Assembly (NCBI GenBank): GCA_017477555.1
Contig: JAFUVK010000017.1
Span: forward strand, 10,787 to 74,786
Direction of reading: 5' to 3'
Length of the DNA: 64,000 nt
Source of the DNA: Muribaculaceae bacterium
GTDB taxonomy: Bacteria > Bacteroidota > Bacteroidia > Bacteroidales > Muribaculaceae
Below, in pieces: positions 58,648 to 64,000 of this stretch. The stretch's first letter is position 1. Each line of letters opens with the position of its first letter. A model generated the notes under the pieces. That model ran no database searches. It was not told where the DNA came from and worked only from the letters and a program-made list of their open reading frames with translations. Position numbers and translations under genes: made by a program.

Positions 58648-61425
58648 ATGAAAAAATTTCTTACTCTGGCTGTCGCCGCCCTGGTGGTGATGACAGCATT
58701 CGGCCAGACCAACCTGGCCGTTGGCAAAACCTCGGTCGCCACGTCGGGCACTGCCGCTGAAGGCAACGACGGCCAGGCCGGCACACGTTGGGAGTCGGCT
58801 CACGCCCAAGACCCGCAACTGTGGATGGTTGACCTGGGCGAGGCAACCACGTTCAATGCCATCAGCATCCAGTGGGAGGGTGCCTACGGCAAGTCGTTCA
58901 CCATCGTTGCCGGAAACGACCTGGGCGACGATGGCTTCATCGCCGACGGCACCACACTGGTGACTGTCGCGGGGCAAGAGCTTCAGGGCTTCCCCTACAC
59001 CCAGACTTTCGAGTTCACTCCGGCCACCTACCGCTATGTCGAGTTCTACGGCACGGAGCGCGGCACAAACTACGGCTACAGCTTCTATGAGCTGGGCGTC
59101 TACAACATTGATGGCGGCCTGACGGCTAACGAGATCACCATCAGCACAAACAGCCGACTGCTCAACAAGGACGAGACGGCGCAGCTCACCGCCACAGTCA
59201 AGAACCAGCTGGGCGGTACCATATCCAATGTGGACGGACTGACATGGAACAGCAGCGCCCCTGCCGTGGGCACGATTGACGCCAATGGGCTGTTTACCGC
59301 AGTAGCAGCCGGCACCACCAGCATCACCGCCAGCCTGGGCGAGCTGGTGTCGAACGCCATCGACATCACAGTCAATGCCGTAGTCATCGAGGTTCCCACC
59401 ACCAATCCTGCCGCTCCTACCGCCCAGGCAGCCAACGTGCTGGTGGTCTTCAGCGATACATACAACAAGCCCGCCCTGACCGAAAGCAACCCTGGCTGGG
59501 GAGTTGGCGGCGAAGCTCCCAATCCGCTGTATAGCACCTGCGAGGTGGTTAGACTGGTGGACAACCATCCGCTGGTGCACGTCAAGGGTACCGGTGTCAA
59601 CGGCCGCAGCTGGTCGCCCATCCTGAACACCATCACCGCCCCGACAGCCGAATACACCACTGCCCACGTGCAGGTGTATCCCTACTCGGCCACCTCGCTC
59701 AACATCTTCAAGGACAACACCTATGAGGGCAAGGTCACCTACGAGGGCCTTGTTCCCGGACAGTGGAACGATGTGACAGTCGACCTCACCGGCAAGAATG
59801 TGTTTGGCGCCAACTATATGGTGATTGAGCTCGTTGGCGAGAATGAGTTCTATCTCGACAACTTCTACTTCGAGAAGCCCGCCACCGAAGACACCGAGGC
59901 TCCCGTACTGGAGAAGGCCGAGGTCGCCAGCGTGACACCGCTGGGTGTGACACTGGCCCTGAAGGGCACCGACAACGTTGCCACCAACGTGATTTACCGC
60001 ATCACCGACACCGAGCACAACATCAATGCCACCACCAGCGGTGCCAACGGTGCTGAGATCACCTATGCCGTCAACGGCTTGACACCCAACACCGCCTACA
60101 GCTTCAGTGTAGTGGCTATGGACGATAACAGCAACACCTCGCCGGCACAGACCGTGACGGCCACCACAACCGCCCTGGTTGCCGCTCCCGTGCCCACACA
60201 GCCTGCCGAGAACGTCATCGCCCTGTACAGCGACGCCTACACTGCCGCCACCGGCTACTGGTGGGGAGGTTGGGGCCAAAGCACCGCTGTGAGCGACCTC
60301 ACTGCCGATGGCGACCACTTGTATGGTCTGACCAACTTCAACTATCTGGGCTTCGAGGGCTTCAACCCGCAGCTCGACCTGAGCGAGATGGAGTATCTGC
60401 ACGTGGACGTGTATCCCATGCAGACGATGAACTTCGGCATCACGCCCATCCTGACGGGCGTCACTCCGGCCGAGAACTCGCAGATTACCATCAACCTCAC
60501 TGCCGGCCAGTGGAACAGCATCGACATCCCCATGAGCCAGTTCAACCTCGACTTCACCGGAAAGGCATTCCAGCTCAAGATTGACCAGGGCAATGGCACC
60601 GACGCACTGCTGATCGACAACATCTACTTCTACAAGACCGCCGGCGAAACTCCTGCCGAGGTTACCGCCATCACCATCGAGGCCGAGGCCAACGAGGTGC
60701 AAGCCGGCAAGACCCTGCAGCTCACCGTCAAGGACCAGGACGGCAATGTCGTGACCAACGGCCTGACATTCGCTAGCAGCAACGAGGATGTGGCCACCAT
60801 CGACGCCAATGGTCTGGTGAGCGCCATCGCTCAGGGCAACGCCACCATCACAGCTACCTACGTTGCACCGCAAGATCCCGCCACCGGTGCACCGCGCCGT
60901 GCTCCCGGCGATGCCATCACCGCACAGATTGAACTCACCGTCACCGCCGCTCCCGAGCCCAGCCAGGGCCAGGTGCTCACCGCCGGCGACCACAGTGTCA
61001 CACTCGTAGGCTATCACTACACCGACACCGACAACTATGAGCTGATTATCACCAGCGAGGAGGAGATGACAGGTCTGGGAGGCTCGTTCTGGTACCTCAA
61101 TGGTCAACCCGGAAACGACCTGCGCAACAACATGACCATCGGCGACAACGGCCACACCATCACCATCACCGCCACATCGACCACCGAGCCGCAGCTCTAC
61201 ACGCCGCTCTATGTGCTCATGCCCGGCGAGGTGAACTTCGGCATGGTCACCATCAACTGGATTGAGGTGGGAACCACCACAGCCATCAGCGAAATCGCCA
61301 CCGATGCCGCCGTCCAGGGACCCGTCTACACCATCGATGGCCGCATGATGCAGCGCAGCGCCGACCTCAACAGTCTGCCCGCCGGCATCTACATCGTGGG
61401 TGGCCGTAAGGTCGTGATCAAGTAA
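58648..61425 (+). CDS. Secreted multidomain protein (F5/8/CBM32-like, Ig-like Big_2 x2, FN3, galactose-binding-like repeats, T9SS CTD)
   Basis: NLAVGK..GTRWES..VDLG..YGYSFYE; W.SS.P.V.TIDANG; GLTPNTAYSFSVVA; repeated AP.P...A.NV...SD.Y; C-terminal YTIDGR...GIYIVGGRKVVIK. Confidence 0.8.
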   Translation: MKKFLTLAVAALVVMTAFGQTNLAVGKTSVATSGTAAEGNDGQAGTRWESAHAQDPQLWMVDLGEATTFNAISIQWEGAYGKSFTIVAGNDLGDDGFIADGTTLVTVAGQELQGFPYTQTFEFTPATYRYVEFYGTERGTNYGYSFYELGVYNIDGGLTANEITISTNSRLLNKDETAQLTATVKNQLGGTISNVDGLTWNSSAPAVGTIDANGLFTAVAAGTTSITASLGELVSNAIDITVNAVVIEVPTTNPAAPTAQAANVLVVFSDTYNKPALTESNPGWGVGGEAPNPLYSTCEVVRLVDNHPLVHVKGTGVNGRSWSPILNTITAPTAEYTTAHVQVYPYSATSLNIFKDNTYEGKVTYEGLVPGQWNDVTVDLTGKNVFGANYMVIELVGENEFYLDNFYFEKPATEDTEAPVLEKAEVASVTPLGVTLALKGTDNVATNVIYRITDTEHNINATTSGANGAEITYAVNGLTPNTAYSFSVVAMDDNSNTSPAQTVTATTTALVAAPVPTQPAENVIALYSDAYTAATGYWWGGWGQSTAVSDLTADGDHLYGLTNFNYLGFEGFNPQLDLSEMEYLHVDVYPMQTMNFGITPILTGVTPAENSQITINLTAGQWNSIDIPMSQFNLDFTGKAFQLKIDQGNGTDALLIDNIYFYKTAGETPAEVTAITIEAEANEVQAGKTLQLTVKDQDGNVVTNGLTFASSNEDVATIDANGLVSAIAQGNATITATYVAPQDPATGAPRRAPGDAITAQIELTVTAAPEPSQGQVLTAGDHSVTLVGYHYTDTDNYELIITSEEEMTGLGGSFWYLNGQPGNDLRNNMTIGDNGHTITITATSTTEPQLYTPLYVLMPGEVNFGMVTINWIEVGTTTAISEIATDAAVQGPVYTIDGRMMQRSADLNSLPAGIYIVGGRKVVIK

Positions 61426-61463
61426 AGCTCACTGCCGCCAGACACGGCACTACACACACTTTC

Positions 61464-61508
61464 CTAATCGCTGCACAGGAACACACCTGTGCAGCGATTA
61501 GCATTTTT
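61464..61508 (+). terminator. Intrinsic terminator
   Basis: ctaatcgctgcacagg / cctgtgcagcgattag followed by a T run. Confidence 0.8.
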
Positions 61509-61651
61509 TAGCCCCACATCGCGCGACCGGGCAAGACTGTGCTTAAGCAAAGGGACAACACCTACATAGTTCCTTAAGCAAAAATCAATGCTCAATTTTC
61601 AATTTTCAATTAAAAGCACTACCTTTGCGGCTGCAAAAATCCCTGACAACA

Positions 61652-62656
61652 ATGAAAGATATCGTATCGAAACTGCTCAAGTATGGCATCCCCATCGCCA
61701 TCAGTGTGGGGCTTGCCTGGTTTCTATATAAGAATGTGGACCTAGAGGCCATCAAGACCAGCCTGCGCCAAGACGTGAACTACTGGTGGTTTGTGCCCGT
61801 GATTGTGGTGAGTGTGCTGAGCCACATCTTCCGCGCCCTGCGCTGGCGGCTGCAGCTGCGTGCCATCGACATCGACGCTCCGTTATGGGTGCTAGTCAAC
61901 AGCATCTTCGGCACTTATTTTGTGAATCTAGTGTTTCCTCGTCTGGGCGAGGTGTGGCGCACGGGCTACATCGCCCGCCGACAGAAGGCCCCGTTTGCCA
62001 CCGTGCTAGGGTCGATGGTTGGCGACCGCCTGAGCGACACGGTGACGGTGCTGCTGCTCACCATCGTCACCTTCTTCCTGGCACAGGATGCCTTTGTGAA
62101 ATTTTTCGCCGCGCGTGGCGACAATGCCGGCGCCGCAGCGTCATGGACCATGTGGGCACTGGTGGCAGTGGCCGTTCTGGGCATGGTGTCGCTGGTGTGG
62201 ATTTACCGCAGCACCTCGCAGAACCGTGTCATCGCGCGTGTGCGCGGCATCTTGCACGACCTGTGGGAGGGGTTTGCAGCCATTGCCCACATGGACGGCA
62301 AGTGGATGTTCCTGCTCTACACCGTGCTCATCTGGGGTTGCTACTTCTTGCAGCTCTACATCGCGTCCAAGGCCTTCACCTTCACCGCCGGTCTGGGCGT
62401 GATTCCGATCCTGGTGCTGTTTGTGCTGAGCAGCCTGGGCATGGCCGTGCCCAGCAACGGGGGCCTCGGCCCCTGGCAGTTCGCCATCATTTTCGGGCTG
62501 TCGCTCTATGGCGTAGGCGCGTTTCCGCCCTCTACTCCCTACGATGCCCAGGCCTCGGCCTTTGCCTGGCTGGTGTGGGGTGTTCAGCAGCTGCTCATCA
62601 TCGTGCTGGGCATCTATGCCTTCGCCAGCATCGCGCTAGACCGAAAGAAGGAATAG
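61652..62656 (+). CDS. Lysylphosphatidylglycerol synthase TM-domain (flippase-like, UPF0104) protein
   Basis: RALRW, NLVFPRLGEVWR, DRLSD, P.NGGLGPW; multiple TMs; -7 element tacctttg upstream. Confidence 0.85.
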   Translation: MKDIVSKLLKYGIPIAISVGLAWFLYKNVDLEAIKTSLRQDVNYWWFVPVIVVSVLSHIFRALRWRLQLRAIDIDAPLWVLVNSIFGTYFVNLVFPRLGEVWRTGYIARRQKAPFATVLGSMVGDRLSDTVTVLLLTIVTFFLAQDAFVKFFAARGDNAGAAASWTMWALVAVAVLGMVSLVWIYRSTSQNRVIARVRGILHDLWEGFAAIAHMDGKWMFLLYTVLIWGCYFLQLYIASKAFTFTAGLGVIPILVLFVLSSLGMAVPSNGGLGPWQFAIIFGLSLYGVGAFPPSTPYDAQASAFAWLVWGVQQLLIIVLGIYAFASIALDRKKE

Positions 62657-62767
62657 CGGCATTCGCCCCGATAAATCGCACGGCTCGCTGAATGTCATGC
62701 AACAATCGCAGCAACAATGCGTTAAGTATTTAAGGTTTACACATAACAACTTATCATAATCACGACA

Positions 62768-63532
62768 ATGAACAGACTCATCATAATACTACTAATGGCT
62801 GCAGCACTGCCCTCGGTGGCCGTGGCGGCCGACGATGACGCCGGCCTCATCGTGGGGGCCGCCGTCGAGAAGAAGTTCAACAAGCAGTGGAGCACCGAGC
62901 TGGAGGCCGAGTTCCGCTCGCGCAACAACTTCCGCACCGCCGACCGCGTGAGCCTGGGGCTGGGCGGGGCCTACAAGCCACTGAAGTGGCTCAAGCTTGA
63001 CGCAGGCTACCAGCTGCTGATCGACAACAACATCGAGAAAATCACCTACAACGAGCCCACCGTCGACGACGACGGGCACGAGGTGATCAACTACAACAAC
63101 TGGCGACCGAGCTACTGGGGACTGCGGCACCGCGTCTACGCGTCGGTCACCGGAAGCTATAAGATAGGCCGTGTGGAGCTGTCGCTGCGCGAGCGGTGGC
63201 GCTACACCTACCGGCCCGAGAAGACCACCAGACGCTACGACTTCGACAACGGCTATTGGGAAGACACCAACATCAAGAGCAAGAACTTACACATCTTGCG
63301 CAGCCGCTTCAAGGTCGATTGGGACATCCCCAACTGCAAAATCGACCCCTGGGCCAGCGTCGAGGTGTTCAACAACAGCATGCTGGACAAGATCCGCTAT
63401 AGCCTTGGAGCCGACTACTCGCTGCAGAAGAAGCATGTGTTCGGCGTCTTCTACCGCTACCAGCGCGTGTACAACGACGATGAGGAGGGCAACACGCACT
63501 ACCTGGGCATGAGCTATAAGTTCAAGTTTTAG
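62768..63532 (+). CDS. DUF2490-like outer membrane beta-barrel protein
   Basis: Signal peptide; E.R.R, RHR, LSLRERW.Y, LRSR, P.ASVE.F, RY..G; terminal YKFKF. Confidence 0.75.
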   Translation: MNRLIIILLMAAALPSVAVAADDDAGLIVGAAVEKKFNKQWSTELEAEFRSRNNFRTADRVSLGLGGAYKPLKWLKLDAGYQLLIDNNIEKITYNEPTVDDDGHEVINYNNWRPSYWGLRHRVYASVTGSYKIGRVELSLRERWRYTYRPEKTTRRYDFDNGYWEDTNIKSKNLHILRSRFKVDWDIPNCKIDPWASVEVFNNSMLDKIRYSLGADYSLQKKHVFGVFYRYQRVYNDDEEGNTHYLGMSYKFKF

Positions 63533-63611
63533 AGATACGACGAGCAGCAGAACGTTTTTTGTACTCCGAGACAGCGACTCGGACAACCAAGAACTAAAAA
63601 GCAACGAAACG

Positions 63612-64000
63612 ATGAAAAAATACCTGACCATATTGCTGGTGGCAATCACCGCCACAGCCTGTGTGAACGACGACACCGACTTTAGCGACCTGATCAATGG
63701 CTCAGGCGGCAGCGACAAGCCTGAAGAAGAGGTCATCACCCCCATCGACATAGCCCTGGACTACAGCGACCTGGTCGAGGCCGACGATGTCGTGGTCACC
63801 GACGAGACCGACGAGGCCTACAGCGACTACGAGGAGAACACCGACTGGTCCTACACCATCAACGTGGCCTACGACGGCGACCAGGTGACACTCAGCGGCA
63901 ACACCAGCCGCGTGCGGTCAACGGTGGAGGGGGGCCATGTGGTCATCCGGTCGACCAGCAACCGCGTGCACTATGTGCTGAGCGGCACCAGCGACAACGG
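63612..64000 (+). CDS. Cthe_2159-like (DUF4353) carbohydrate-binding lipoprotein, partial
   Basis: MKKYLTILLVAITATAC lipobox; acidic linker; ..VEGGHVVI.S.....YVLSGTSDNG; runs off the window end. Confidence 0.7.
   Translation, partial: MKKYLTILLVAITATACVNDDTDFSDLINGSGGSDKPEEEVITPIDIALDYSDLVEADDVVVTDETDEAYSDYEENTDWSYTINVAYDGDQVTLSGNTSRVRSTVEGGHVVIRSTSNRVHYVLSGTSDN

Noticed and set aside
58582-61155. 857-aa minus-strand ORF
   Set aside because: It is an antisense shadow of the T9SS cargo gene.

Overview
This is a GC-rich Bacteroidales chromosomal window. A Muribaculaceae/Prevotella-like lineage is inferred from T9SS genes, TAnnTTTG promoters and gene content. Housekeeping genes (lysS 3' end, der, obgE, mfd, cdd, mgtE, rsmA, TrmH methylase, carboxynorspermidine dehydrogenase) are interspersed with envelope and secretion genes (PorZ-like, PorE-like, TonB receptor + HMA protein, alpha-2-macroglobulin, two GH25, GH73, NamZ, L,D-transpeptidase, T9SS cargo). 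The standout is a ~16 kb, tightly packed minus-strand operon (28689->12796) of nine genes: membrane protein, membrane-anchored P-loop GTPase, very large FHA-like/SEDS (FtsW/RodA-like) protein, two paralogous atypical GTPases, GAP1-N-like membrane protein, very large class B-like PBP, GH25 muramidase and M50B-like protease. It looks like an accessory GTPase-controlled peptidoglycan synthesis/remodelling or conflict system that I cannot match to a named system. Intergenic DNA is rich in small non-autonomous elements: nested MITEs with target-site duplications, GTAG-REP/REPIN units, inverted heptamer arrays, CCCCTCC/GGAGGGG hairpins and a 33-bp tandem repeat. No rRNA, tRNA, CRISPR array or intact transposase was seen. 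All family calls come from motif recognition by eye; no database searches were run.
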